This document shows positions 32,689 to 46,412 of a stretch of 64,000 nt of DNA, in pieces. Location: positions 62,001 through 126,000 of the forward strand of contig RHPI01003488.1 in NCBI GenBank assembly GCA_009103225.1. The letters run 5' to 3'. Numbering within the stretch: position 1 is the first letter of the stretch; each line of letters starts with the position of its first letter. The notes under the pieces are model-generated. The model searched no databases. It saw only the letters and a list, made by a program, of their open reading frames with translations, and had not been told where the DNA came from. The stretch is from Chlorokybus atmophyticus. Its lineage: Eukaryota; Plantae; Mesostigma and Chlorokybus algae. Made by a program: the position numbers and the translations under genes.

Positions 32689-35600
32689 CTAAAAACTTTT
32701 CTTGGTGTACGAGTGCATGTCATGTACTCCGCCTTCTTTTTGTGCTGCACCTGTTCGCACCTGCAATAACACACCAGTAGTTAGCAAACCGACACCAGAG
32801 AGAAGCCACGTTCACTACCATCAACCCCAAGAGCGTTGATGCAACACTCACCTCAAACCGCAATATGCCATTGTACAGCTTGGTGCGCGCATCTGGGATG
32901 CTTATACAACCAAAGTCTTGGAAGCCCTGCTTGGCTGCCTGGATCAGATAAGGCACAAGCCTGCGTATGCTGCCCTTATCTACGACGGCACCAGACACTC
33001 CTTGCGCTATCTGCACACATATGAGCACAGGTTGAGTCAGGCCAAAGCATGACTTAACCGCCAGCCGTAACTAATGTATTGCAGGCATGCATATTTGACC
33101 TTAAGTCGAGTGGTGTCCGACAGGTAACGCGAGTCACTGCCCTTAGCCATGGCCTCTAGCGAGCCCATACCACGATATGCTTTCAAACGAACACCATCCT
33201 GAAAAAGACGCAAGTTTTGTGAAGCCCTCAACTGGCACAATTAACGCAACAAACAGTTCACACCTTGTAAAAGTAGTCCCCTGGTGCCTCCTCTGTTCCT
33301 GCCAGCACACTGCCCATCATTGCACAGGAGCCACCAAGCGCAAGTGCCTGCAGGAAGAGAGCAATTTGCATATGGAAGTGGTCACCGGTAATAGCTGAGT
33401 GTCCTTGCTTGATTCACATACCATTTCACACCTACACATAACAGCATAACACACCTTCACAATGTGTCCAGAGTTTTGGATGCCACCGTCTGCAATGATA
33501 GGCACATCTTTCGCGTTGGCATAGCTGGCCACCTTGTACACAGCTGTTGCCTGACAAGCAAGGTCAGTCTAGATCAATAAACACCCGGCATTTTGAGTGA
33601 CGACCTGCACTGACACACTTCAAGGGCGTACCTGTCCACGTCCAACTGCGCATACTTCCTGCGTTGTGCAGATTGAACCAGAGCCTGAAGCAACATCAAC
33701 AGACGTTGAGAACTATGCAATCATGCAATCACAGGGTAGGCATGTACCCACCCATGCCTACGCGCAGGCCATCAACGCCAGCATCTATCAGGCGTCGTGC
33801 TTGTGCAATGGTGACCACATTCCTGCGCCGTCCCATGTATCAGCCCATGGAACACCAGCATCGCTCAGTGACCAAGTCAAGAGCTTCCAGCATGCTGATG
33901 CTGCAATGAAACATGCATACCCTCCAATGACGTCTAAACTCGGATGCACCCGCTTGATGTGCGAGACCATTTGCATCTGGAAAGTAGAATCGCCTTGCGA
34001 TGAGTCAAGCACCAGGACGTCAACCCCTGCTTGAACAAGAGCATCCAGCCGCTTCTTGTCATCTTCTCGCGTGCCAATTGCTGCGCCAACCAGCAGCCTG
34101 CAGTCATCAGCACTTATTTTTTGGCTCACGACAATCAGCTGGCACAAGTAAGAGACCCGATTGCTGTGGTAGGGCGTGTCCACCTGCACATGACAACCAT
34201 TAGACAGCATGAGCATTACCTGCCCTGAGAGTCTCTTGAGGGTGTGCCTGCAGCAGGATAGCCCATACTTTTTTTCATTTCAGCACGAGTAACAACTCCA
34301 ACTAGCTCTCCACTCTTGCCCAGGATTGGTACCGCTTGCTGGTGTGATTCTGCCAAAAGTAGCCTGACCTGTGGCAGAACAGTGAGCAGAAAGCCCACAA
34401 CGAAAACAGAAGGAGAATTGTGCAAGATCTGAGTTTTGCGCGTAAACAACCCTTGTGACATGCTGCCAGTTCAGTACTCCACCCACTAGTATGAACCCAC
34501 AATGGCGTGCACGATGGCATCCTGCGCTGCAAAAAGCAAGAAAGCTACTTACATCCTCTGCAGTTGAATCCTCTGTAGCACGTGCGAGCTCCGCAGCGGG
34601 TGTCATGACCTCTGCAACTGAGGTACTCGCGCGGCCAGCAACCAAGTCCGCATCCACCTCACTGACAATCCCAAGAAGTCTACCGCCAGCGCGACCCTCT
34701 TCCACCACAGCAACGGCTAATGAACCCGTTGTTTCCCGCACTCGATCAAAGTCCTGTCACAAGAACCCTGAACATCTTCACCTATGCAATGTCAATTGCT
34801 TGGACAGAAAAACAACAAACCATGGAGCCAGAATGCATATCATGACATGCATGCTGGGCAATGCATACCGCAATGGTGTGTGTCGGTGCAAGCAGGACAG
34901 GTTCCATAGCAGCAAGGCCGTGTACAGTGCCGCCACCTTTAGCAAGCGCAACGTGGCGGGCCTGTGTCTCAATGGTGTTATTGTAATGGATAAATCCCAG
35001 CGCACCCAGAGTGGCCATCGTAGCAGCCATGCGCGCTTCTGTCACGGTGTCCATGGGGCTTGACAAAAGTGGTGTGCGTAAAGCAACATTGCGGCTGCAG
35101 CGCGACGACAGGTCAACCTGCATATGCGAGAAAGTGTTTTTCCATAGCCAGACCAGTGCTTGACATGCATTGCTGCCTGTGAACTTGACTGCAGCATGTT
35201 TGGCAGCATTATGAGCAAACCGAATAAGATGTCAACTGTGAAAGTATGCACGGAAATTGCAAAGGTGCTCGCTGTTATCACAGGACAAACCTACAGCACT
35301 GAAGTTCATACAACTACAAGGTCTCTAAGTACACGTCAGCTCGCAGGTAGTGTACGCTATAAGTAACAACATATAAAAGATTGCCCTACGGTTGAGAAAA
35401 GAGTTCCGTCAAGAATGGCTTGTACATATTCTGTATTGGCAGCACACAATTGTCGATAGTAGCGTAGTGTCATGACGTAGTGTCATGACCGAAAACCAAG
35501 ATCATGGAACGTAACGTTGAAAAGAATAAAAATGACTTTGGGGTTGATACAAATGGTAGAGATATCAGCATTGTGGGCTGCCATGATGTGCCTCACCTCA

Positions 35601-35743
35601 TCCACACTGAAGCTGATATGCCCCGGGTGCATGATAACGTCATCGTAGGTATAGCTCATCCCCTGGCCAAATAGCTTGGCAGCGGGGAACCCATCGTCCT
35701 CGTCGCTCCATTGCGCAACAACACCGTTGCTCACCGCCGCCAT
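32689..35743 (-). CDS. IMPDH: Inosine-5'-monophosphate dehydrogenase with CBS pair, multi-exon
   Basis: [101 protein letters not shown], and C-terminus [23 protein letters not shown] (TAG at 32689-32691). Confidence 0.95.
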
Positions 35744-37609
35744 GCCTGCCCCTTCGCCCGCCACCACCACGACCACCACTGCCGCCGCTCAATTAGGGTT
35801 AGCACATGCAACTCTCCAACTCGGAAGGGAAGCACTTGTCAATTTCTTCCGTGCTGACAGCACGGAAGAAAGAGCAGATGTTCATCGGCTTGATTCGGAA
35901 GTTCCACGAGGGCCGCGCCGTACAGATCTTTTATTGCCAGCAGATTCGACGGTTCGCTGCATTGATCGGAGGCAGCAGCGGTGGAAGAAAGATCAGCAGT
36001 GATCAGAAAGCAACAGCACTGGAAACATCAATGCAACCATCAAACGAACGAATAACGAAAAGCAGGATAACTCCTGCTTCGACATGCTGATGGTGAAGCT
36101 CAGCTTGTGCCGCCTTGCGTGGCGTGTGCACAGGCTGCTTGCTGCTGAAGGCTAGCCTGGTCGGCTTGGAGTTGTGTGAAGCAGGGTGTGTGTAGCAACT
36201 CGTTGTGAAGCAGCAATCTGGTTAGGCTTATCTGCAGCTGGTAGTGAACCTGAGCCCCTTCAGCCAGCTACACTCACAGCTGGCTGAAGCCTTGTGGTCT
36301 AGTTGCTGCATCCTGGGAACCGCCGCCGGGTTATCCCCCGTGGCTGGGACGGTGTGCGGAGGTGGAGGTGGCATAGCTGAACCAGGCTTATTGCTTTAGT
36401 GAGCTGAACAGCAGCTGAGATTGTTGCTTTGGGGTTGAGTGGACAAGGGAGAGTGCCATGCGCTGTGATCTTGCGCTGTTTCAAGCAAGAGCAGCCTGCT
36501 CAGGCTAGCTGGTCGTTGTGGTCGTACTAAGGCCTACCTTTATCATGGTGAGAGCCCCGCCTAGTCTGATGCTGCTGTGCTTGCAGCTTTCTTGCACCAG
36601 AGTTCCTTGCATGCTCAACTCCTGGTATATGCAAAGCAACGCAGTTGTACGGGGTGTTGCACCTTAAGACGTAGCGCAGTGCACCCAATACATGTACATG
36701 TTGAAGACCAGCCATCTTGCTATCATCATGCATAAGCAGCCCGCCCCNNNNNNNNNNNNNNNNNNNNNNNNNNNNNNNNNNNNNNNNNNNNNNNNNNNNN
36801 NNNNNNNNNNNNNNNNNNNNNNNNNNNNNNNNNNNNNNNNNNNNNNNNNNNNNNNNNNNNNNNNNNNNNNNNNNNNNNNNNNNNNNNNNNNNNNNNNNNN
36901 NNNNNNNNNNNNNNNNNNNNNNNNNNNNNNNNNNNNNNNNNNNNNNNNNNNNNNNNNNNNNNNNNNNNNNNNNNNNNNNNNNNNNNNNNNNNNNNNNNNN
37001 NNNNNNNNNNNNNNNNNNNNNNNNNNNNNNNNNNNNNNNNNNNNNNNNNNNNNNNNNNNNNNNNNTCTCCCCCCCGCACAACTGCATGTGTGGTCATGTG
37101 TCTTAGTGAAGGTACATGCACCTGAAGCAAGACACTTTTGCTATCCACTCTCAACGCACGAACTGCTCGCCGCCAACACACATCATCATCACCACCACCA
37201 CCAACCACAACACTAACTGCATGAGTGGGCATGCGAGGTACGGGTACATGCACCTGCCGACACAAGCAGTTGAAGTGCACACTCAAGGGACATGTAGCAC
37301 TGTGAGTTGCACATGTGTGCACAATACGTCTTACTGTGCACACATGTGCAAAATAAGACGTATCTTTGCAACATCTTTGCTGCAGCCTCGTTGCAGTAGT
37401 CATACTACAGCAGGTGCACACCTATTCCATTACTATTTCAACTCTGCAAGCTGTATATCGCTAGCTACGTGACAGCTGTTATTGCTGATGAGTTTGCCTT
37501 GCTATATATAGACTTTCTTATGACGTATTGGTACAGGAGGTTAACACCATGCTGCAGTAGCATCAGGCACTTGCGCTGCGTGTATAGTTATACAACGGAA
37601 TCAACACAA

Positions 37610-39938
37610 ATGGTTCAAACAGCTGGTGAAGGGAGCGGTCAGGCCGAGCCAGTGCTTCCAGTATGTGTTCTTTCTGGATACAGTATTGCAGCATGTGATG
37701 ATGATCGTGAACCCGAAACAGCATCCGCTGCACCTTCATTCCTACCCGCAATCAGCCTTGTCTTAACCCTCACTCTGCACTTCGCCGCAATATTTGTCGC
37801 ACTGCCCGCTACCCCTGATGTGTTGGCCCGAGAGTTGTGCGGCCACGTTGCAGCATCTTGCCCAATCGCTCTGTACTACTCCGCTATCTCTCTTGCTGTG
37901 AGTGCAGTAAGGACTGGTAGATGTGTGGCTTTGAGGTGTTTTGAGCACTTGGGCTTGGCAGCAGTCAAAATGACACGCTCTCCTCATCACAGGTTGGCGC
38001 CTTGTTGACGGCAACGACTGCACCGTTGCTTGGTGCCCTGTCGGATTCAAAGTTTGGCCGCAAGCGCACCATCGCAGTGGCTCTTTGTTGCCACTTCGCA
38101 CCATTTGCCATGTTTGCGGTAAGTTGAAGCTTGACAATCATGCTACTTAAGGGAATGCTGTTGGCACTTAACAAGCTGGTCCTGACTGTCAGATAGGGAC
38201 TAGTAAGCCGTTTGTATGGGCGTACCTCTCTGTGCGCACGGTGTTTGGCGCATTCAACCTCACCTTACTCGGCCTCGCTCTCACATATGTGGTAAGCACA
38301 TGCACAGACACACACGCACAGGGCTATGCCCTGACCATACAAACGAAGTACTATGTGCAGACCTATGCATGCGTGTGCACTTGCACACACGCGTGCACAC
38401 ACCCTCAGTTGTTTGAGGTGTATCACGATGATTAACACCTTGAGTGTTGTTACTGAGTTGTTGGGTGATTGAATGTCCATTTGCTGCAGGCCGATCTTGT
38501 TCCTTCTGCTTCATCCACGTCATCCTGTCCTTGCTTGCGCACGTATTGGATGGGCTTGGCGGCTCTCTTGCCTCCGTCCATAGGTAACTTACTCGGGACC
38601 GCGCTCTCACGTTCTTCATTTATTCCTGAGATTGCGGGCATGCTCGGTGGCGCCGCCAAAATCCATGGCCTGGGAGAAGCGACGCCAACAATACACCGTG
38701 ATGAGCTTGCGTTGTTCAGAGCCGCAGCTGTCATGAGCGCCACTGCCGCCATTGGCGTGCTCGTGCTTGTGCCAGAAAGAAGGTGCGCATCTTCTCGTGA
38801 TTAGCTGATGGCTTACAACGCAGCTTCGTATGCGCGGTTATACGTTCACACACACGCGTAGCAACACACATGAACGCAATGCTGCCTTACAGGTCTCCTT
38901 CAAATTCACAAAAGCAGGAAAAGCCCAGCTCCCATTCAGTGGTAAGCAGATTTGTGCTCTCCTGCCACTCTTTCATCTGACCACAGCCTTATACGAGAAG
39001 CCTGACATTGTTGTAAACAGCGGCGACAATCATGGCTGTACATTCTATGCGTGATAGTGTTCCTCTCTGCCCTGGCCGAGCGCGGTGACAGAGAGGCCCG
39101 GCTGTTTTTCTTGAAGTCCAGGTTTGGGTTCGCCAGAGCGCAGCTCTCAAGAGTTTTGCAGTTGCATGGAGCCACTGTACTTGGCTTGCAGGTTAGTAAA
39201 CGACGTGACAACACGCTTGTGCATATACATGGCTGCTGCTGTGCACGTAACATAATGGTAACATGTGGGCAGGCAGTTGTGGCGCCATTGGTGACACGCG
39301 CGCTTGGTGTCACGGGCATGCTGGCTGGCTCTGCGCTTCTCAACTCCGCGCACGGGGTTTTGCTTGGTCTAGCCTCCACACCAACAAGTAACTACTGTGA
39401 TTGTCTCACCCAACATGCTGGTGTTGCTGTAAGTTTTGATGACATATACGACATAGGGAATGTGCTGAGTGATACAATGCATCATTGTGTGCAGTGGCAT
39501 ATGTCGCTGTAAGCATAGGTGCAGCTGGTGTGCTGGCTTGGCCGGCAGCCGCATCTCTTGTGGCAGCTGCCGCACCTCCTCATCAACAGGTGAACACACA
39601 TGCCCGCCTTCATGCTATTGATGAATGCTTTACGTACGTACACTAACCTTACATGCATCCCACACACACAGGGTGTCTACCAGTCTTCGCTAGTGTCAGC
39701 GCGCTCTCTGGCAGACGTCATTGGTCCGGCCCTGTTTGACGCTCTTACTGGGGTGTTCATGTCCTCATGGAGACCGTTTGACTGCCCGGGCATTGCGTTC
39801 CTGTTGGGTGGGCTTGTAGCAGCGGGGGGGTTCGTGTTGACATTCCCCTTGGCAAGGTGCATGAGCAAAACAAAGTTTGGTGCAGAGACTGATGAGGAGG
39901 CCTTGACCAGACCGCTGCTGCTGGATGAAGAGGCATAG
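37610..39938 (+). CDS. Major facilitator superfamily transporter (tetracycline-resistance/HIAT-like), multi-exon
   Basis: Hydrophobic exons with MFS motif A (LGALSDSKFGRK), QGVYQSSLVSARSLADVIGPALF, PGIAFLLGG, and an acidic dileucine-like tail DEEALTRPLLLDEEA*. The start codon is inferred. Confidence 0.8.
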
Positions 39939-40043
39939 CGGCTGAGTTGTTGACGCTGAAACCAGTCTTGAGAGTGTAGATAAGCCTTATAACTTATACC
40001 TTGTTCATTTACCGCACATTATATAGTATTCTACACATCAGTA

Positions 40044-41060
40044 TGTGACTAGAACAAGTGAAACCAAAGTCTTTCCATGCCAGGACATGTGACTGTTGTA
40101 AGACAGGTTGTTATGAGCTCAGCGCTGCCAGCAAGTGTGAACAACTACACGCATGCACCTCCTGTTGGGCAATGCATCCGCTCCCGCCTCCCCTCCTCCC
40201 CGAGCCACCTGGCTATTGAGGGCAACCGCAGTGCACATGTTGCAGTGTCTTGTGTACAAAGGATGCAAGGGGCGTTGTCCTTGCACGGCGTGGTGGATGC
40301 GGCATCAGTGGATGCATAGCTGGTCAGTCACTGGATGCAAGAGCCATTGAGCGAGAACTGTGCGGGCACCCGCCAGTGGGCACCAACTGTGCAGGCACTG
40401 TCTATCATTACAAACCTTCGTTGGCACTAGTTCTCGTTGCAGCCTTCAAGAAGGCGCAGTCAGCAACTTGCCTGTCTCCAGTGGCTGGACGGCGGCAGAG
40501 TGACGCAAATGGACATCGCGTGTGACTAGAACAAGTGAAACCAACCAGTGGCTGGACCGCGGCAGAGTGACGCAAATGGACATCGCGTGTGACTAGCACA
40601 AGTGAAACCAAAGTCTTTCCATGCCAGGACATGTGACTGTTGTAAGACAGGTTGTTATAAGCTCAGCGCTGCCAGCAAGTGTGAACAACTACACGCATGC
40701 ACCTCCTGTTGGGCAATGCATCCGCTCCCGCCTCCCCTCCTCCCCGAGCCACCTGGCTATTGAGGGCAACCGCAGTGCACATGTTGCAGTGTCTTGTGTA
40801 CAAAGAATGCAAGGGGCATTGTCCTTGAACAGCGTGACGGACGCGACATCAGTGGATGCATAGCTGGTCAGTCACTGGATGCAAGAGCCATTGAGCGAGG
40901 ACTGTGCAGGCACCCGCCAGCGGGCACCAACTGTGCAGGCACTGTCTATCATTACAAACCTTCATTGGCACTAGTTCTCGTTGCAGCCTTCAAGACGGCG
41001 CAGTCAGCAACTTGCCTGTCTCCAGTGGCTGGACAGTGGCAGAGTGACGCAAATGAACAT
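40044..41060. repeat. Recent 544-bp tandem duplication with a nested 67-bp duplication at the junction
   Basis: TGTGACTAG(A/C)ACAAGTGAAACCAAAGTCTTTCCATGCCAGG starts at 40044 and 40588; a partial third copy of the start is at 40521. Confidence 0.9.
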
Positions 41061-41526
41061 CGCAACCAGCAACCATGACAGGCAACTTGGGACAGTCGCT
41101 GATATGTACTGCCCACCCCAAGTGTGGCTGACCCTGATGTCACTGACACGCAGTAATCGCCCAGTAACAACACCACTGTATTGCAGTACCAGCAAAATCC
41201 AACGGCGTACATATCGTGCACAAGATCAGAAGGTCTGATGGCAAGCTGCTGCACACGCTAGCATGTGCAGCTGCCTACCCAGTACACATGGTGTTCCCTG
41301 CATGAACATGCCTGTTATTGCCCGCAGTGAATGCTGCGTCTAGTGTTATGTCAGTATGGCGCGCGTTCAAGTCAGGGCTAATAATACGCTATCCTACGAA
41401 GAGCAGCTGTACAGGGGACTAGCGACTCAGGGGAGGAGCCTAAGGTTACAAGCTATGGACAGGGGGAGCGCACACTGGTCCAATCGCAGGCTCTCTCTTG
41501 CAATAATTCAGACCTACACTATCACT

Positions 41527-43100
41527 CTACCAGGAAGCTGAGTTCACTCTTCGCAGCTTTCTTGGCTCTTCTTTCCCCCTCGATGCTGCCGCCGCTGCAG
41601 TTGCTGCCGCAAACGCTTTTTCTATACCATTTACCTGACAAATAGAGAGTTCAACATTTCGTGCCAAATGCAACAACACAAACTAGCATGAGTTCACCCT
41701 CGCTCTGGGCCATTCGACCGCTGTTGTACAACACTACAGTGCGGATGCGGCACAAGCAGCAATGCACCCGTATCACCACTACCTTTTCTGTTCGAAGACG
41801 CTTGTTATCTTCTTTTAAGGCTGTAACTTCTGCCTCAAGCTCCTGGGTGTACGCCTGCATGGGTATTCAGTTGGTGAAAACGACATCACAAAGCAAGCAG
41901 CTCACTGGTTAACAACTCATATATGCCAGTACAACACACCCACCTGCTTTCGTGCTCTAGACCTAGCCGCAGACTCCCTGTTCTTAATCATTCTCTTTGC
42001 CTTCCTGTCACTTTTCTGACCCAGATGTTCGCCCGACCGTTTCTGTCCTGCAGACGGCGCAGTCGAGTCCGTATCGTCATCATCACCCCGGTCTGATGTC
42101 GCGGTTTGCTGCCTTGTAGGTGTCACAGGCTGAGCGGCTCGCGTCGGGCTCACAACAACAACAGGTGCCGGCAGTACTCGTGGCAAAGCTGACGCATGTT
42201 GCCTCTTGAGACCCAACGGCACTCCTTGATGGACCGCTTGATGAACTGCTTGATGCACCATGGGGCGCACACCCTGTGGGATTGCGACACTGTGGTGCAA
42301 AACCGGCCGCGGCTGTAAGGTAGGACTGAAGCTTCTGAACCCTGTGGCTGGCATGTCTGGCTTTCCCCTACCTACGGCACTGGCGATCTGTGGGCTCAGG
42401 TCTTGTACGCCAGCAAACTTGAAGAAGTCTCCGACAGTCATTGCTGACTTTGCAGGGGTTGTCGCCTCACCAGCGCTTGCAGCTGGTGGTGGAGAGATTG
42501 AACTGGATATGGACCGCCACACCTGTTGCATGGTTGCCACGCATTTCAGCAACACCGCCGTCAATGCCCATAGATGCTGTCAACGTGATCCACCAGCACA
42601 CAAGTGGTGCATGCCAGCAAGCTCAATGTGTCTCGACAGCAACTATACTGTAGAATCCCACAGCCTTGCAATGCACAGCACAACGAGCCTAGACCAGACT
42701 ATACACGCAATGCAGCCCACCTCTTCCACCGTCTTCCCGCCAATCCCTTGCGGCAGTGCCAGGGAGTTCTGTCGAGAAAGGGTGGGGCTGCGCAGAGCAG
42801 GTGTGGAGAGGCTTATGTCCGTAGCTTGCATAGCGCTCTCTTCAACGTTCCAAATGTTTTGCACAAAATCGGACATGTTGATGCTCCCAAGCGTCTTCCC
42901 GTGCGAGTCCGGGTTGGAACTCAGCGCCTTTTCAACCTCTTCGAGCGTCATGTGGTAGACGGAGCCGGCTCTAACCAGTCCATCTGACAGCGTCGGTGAC
43001 CTGTTTAGACATGCAGTTAGTAAAAGTTGGCTCACCTCACAAGCAACACAGCACGGCAGGGGGTGTGCTGCTGTGGAGGACGAATGCATAATTACACAGT

Positions 43101-43133
<33 letters not shown>

Positions 43134-43403
43134 CCCCAAGACTTGGTTAGCCAATGAACCAGAAGAATTGCGGCACAAAGGCACTCTTCTTCTGTGTAGN
43201 CTAAGGCTTGTCATGCTCTGTGCGTTTTGCATTGCGACACACGGTGCGCTAATTTTCTTCAACCAGGCAATACAACTTACAATGACAAGTACAAACCTGA
43301 AAAGGCCATAAGCGGGTGCTGGAGACGATGGGTTGGACGACGGTGCAGGGGGCATGCTCAACATGGGTCGCCCAGGCGCATACCCTGCCGCCGCCACCTC
43401 CAT
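41527..43403 (-). CDS. Group A bZIP transcription factor (AREB/ABF/ABI5-like)
   Basis: C1 RAGSVYHMTLEEVE...GSINMSDFVQNIW; C2 RQNSLALPQGIGGKTVEEV; C3 MTVGDFFKFAGV; basic region KRMIKNRESAARSRARKQ|AYTQELEAEV; C4 KLRRVNSASW* (TAG at 41527-41529). Exon 1 (43403-43297) joins exon 2 (from 43000) in phase. Confidence 0.9.
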
Positions 43404-44169
43404 GAAGACAATACTATCAGCAGAAACAACCTTTCAGTTCTTGTGTCCAGTCACAAGAACAACTCCAAGAACACTTGCAGCAACACCCCAAACGCCAGCC
43501 ACCAGGTCCTCCGCTTCAGCGCCAGCCTCCAGCCATGAGGCCTCCCCGTTTCGCCCCTCTGATTACGGAGCGGCGTCACACGCGCCCTGGCAGCACGGCG
43601 GCATCCCCAGCACTCGCAAGCATCAGCCAGCCCCCCCCACGCCGCCGCCCCCGCCGCCGCCCACACTGCCTGCACCGCCGCCGCCCCCGCCGCCGCCGCC
43701 ACGTGCCACCATCTAACGCTTGCCACATGGACGGCTATCAAAGAGTCCTTGAGAGCGGACGGCAATCGTCCGATTCGACTTCAGTGCGCGATCCAACGGC
43801 TTGGCGTCATTTCCATAACAGGCAATGCAGCTAGTCGTCACGCTCAGTATGCGCGTGACGGCTGACGCGTGTCAACGCGTGCGTGCGTGGCAACGGGCCT
43901 GACTGGATCCGAGTTGAACAGAACCACTTCAGACCTTGCGTGCAAACAATCTGGATTGCACCTGGCTGAGGTTGTTGGCGGTGTGGGCGGCGACAGAGGC
44001 GACGTTCGTGGTAAGGGCGTACGGCGTCTGTTGCTGCTGTCAATGCGTGGTGGCTTGTTGTTGCTGGCGATTTGGTAACAGCAACAAGAACGAGAGCTCG
44101 TAGAAGAGCTGCTGCATTTGAGTGGAGGAGTAGGGCTGCTGGGAGCTCCCTGCCTGTGCCCGGGCATTC

Positions 44170-46412
44170 ATGGTCGTCTGCAAGTGCCGCAAGGTAACAT
44201 CACTGGTCAATTTTACTAGCATGCGTTTGTAGCAAATCAGCATTATGTGGCGAACCAGCACGGATAATTCCCATTTCTCGATCGTATATTGCTGCAAGCA
44301 GTTTGCTTGACTGTTGTGTCATGCTTTCCAAGCTTGGACCGTTCAAGTGTTGCTGGTAACAGTCAATGCCCAGAGCTGGTTGCTTAGTTGACGTGTTTGC
44401 ATTCTCCTTACAATTACCAGCATGTCCATAAACTATTTTGTACTGCGTCTTTCAAGTTTTGGAGGCTGGTGATTGTTCCGTTGTACAACAATTTGCACCT
44501 TGCAGTTCATTGTCCACACTCCGGTACACATCTCTGCCGCAATGTTGCCACAGATACTTGTGCTAAATCACTGAGGTTTAGCATGCAGTTTGAAGATCAC
44601 AACAGATTATTACTACTAGAGTGACCGGCACGGGCTTACGTGTCTCATGCATGGCTTTGATGACTGCAGGCCACCAAGTGGTATTGCTTTGTGCACAAGA
44701 CACCAGTTTGCGGCGACTGTGTCTGTACACCTCTGCACACTATCTGCGTGGTGAGCGCTTTGCCGTACATTATGCTTCCTTTTCTGTTTTGGATTGTGTG
44801 TGTTCAACCCATGCCGCGGTGGGTGTTGGGAGGGAGGGGAGGGGGAGGAGTATGTCGCTTGGGCTATCAAGAGTGTCTGACAGTCTTTGTGAGTAACTCT
44901 CGTGCAGTCTGTGCATGCATGAATTTGGCCGTGACTGCGTGCAGGTCAGAACTTATTCAGAGTGGGTTATTGATGGTGATTATGACTGGCCACCAAAGTG
45001 TGCGAGCTGCAGTGAAGTGTTGACTGAAGAAGGCCTGACGACCGTGCGCTTAGCATGTTTACGTACGTTCAATGGCTCACAACACTGCGCATTGCCCTGG
45101 GCGCTAGTTGCCTGCCTTGTGCGCAGTTCAACAAAGGCATTGCTGTGAGGAACGAGTTGTTACTTTTGTATACTCTTCAGGTCTGTCATGTGCGTTGACC
45201 CTTGTCCGCATGCAGATGTGACACATGAAGACTGTTTGCAGAAGCATGTACAGAGCTTCCCGTCCATCACTGCACCTGCAGGCTATGTTTGTCCTGCATG
45301 CCCAGCAGCGGTAAGCCACGCCTTGAGCTCGTCAGGACGTTGTTTAGCATGTACATGTTGTGATGATGATGTTGGATGCTTGTGTCAGTTGTGGCCGCCG
45401 CGTGAGAGTCGGGAAGCCAATAGTGCTTTGGGCACCAACCTGAAAGCTGTAATATTGAAGGTCAGGCGAATGCGTAGGAACTCTTGGATGGTGGTGGATG
45501 CCACGCCAATGCTAGGGATGTACAAGCCTTGAAACATGGTGTCAATGTTGAGTTCATGCATTTGCAGACAGCAGCCGCAGATGTGCTTCTTTCCAACAAT
45601 GCCGATTCCAAAACATCAACTTCACATGGCGGTCAACCACCCGCAGGGCCGCCGTTCTCATATAGCCCCACGTCAGCCACCCCTCCCGTACCCTCTGCAG
45701 CCACTCTACCCATCAGTATACCCATGAACGGCACGTCTCCAAACGGCCCTGTTGCCGATGGTCAGGGATCACCACCTAGCCAGGCGATGGTAACAACGCT
45801 TGTTGTGGTTGTTGGAATGGGTGTGATGGCAAACCTTGAGCTAATCAATGCCTTGAACTGCACCACAGCACCATATCTCAAGAAAAGGATCAGCACGATT
45901 GCCACCGGGTTCAACTGCTGTGATAATTGCACAGCATGAACACCACTACAATGACAACGACGCCATGGACCGCAAGTATGCCAGAAGAGGTATGCTTCGC
46001 TGCTAATGGAAAGCCACCCACCTTTGTTTGTTTTTGACTGCGTGCTTTGTTTGAAAGTGTCAATTGCAGGGAATTGGTACACACGGTTGTTGCAGCAGAT
46101 ACCTGGCCTTGCATCGCAGTCAGGACCGTCACATGCACGCGAAGCTGCAGCTGCAGATGAGCTCATTGGCTCGGACATGTTGCCACCAGCAAGACGGCGG
46201 CGAAAACGTAGTCGCCTCGACCCGCAGAAGCTGCTCATTGCATTTGCGCTGTTGTAAGTGCTGTGTCATGTTCGTCTGCCTCGGTCTGCCTTGCTTACAA
46301 TTGTCTCTGTAGCAACTGCAGCATTATGCGCACACAATACCAACCATTCGCTGTTTCTGCCAGGTCATCGCTGGCTACCATGGTGCTGCTTTACGTGCGG
46401 TTGTCAATCTGA
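44170..46412 (+). CDS. ZFPL1: Zinc finger protein-like 1 homolog (Golgi RING/zinc protein with C-terminal TM)
   Basis: MVVCKCRK|ATKWYCFVHKTPVCGDC...H..CV|VRTYSEWVIDGDYDWPPKC...RLACL|...APAGYVCPAC...|LWPP, and C-terminal TM LLIAFALLSSLATMVLLYVRLSI*. Confidence 0.88.

Noticed and set aside
4630-35802. TTAGGG/AACCCTA telo-box-like motifs near the Z-ISO, MET1 and IMPDH 5' ends
   Set aside because: Single 7-8-mers. One is in coding sequence and one overlaps a splice donor, so they cannot be distinguished from chance. Not an interstitial telomere array.
13620-41529. Non-standard genetic code (TAA/TAG = Gln) as in some ulvophytes
   Set aside because: MET1 ends at TAA, and IMPDH and the bZIP end at TAG, at the expected C-termini. 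No in-frame TAA/TAG was seen in conserved exons.
43103-43131. G29 homopolymer in bZIP intron 1, and G/C runs flanking several N gaps, as functional G-quadruplexes
   Set aside because: Poly-G/C runs coincide with assembly gaps at 582, 5449 and 36748, so lengths are unreliable and there is no evidence of function.
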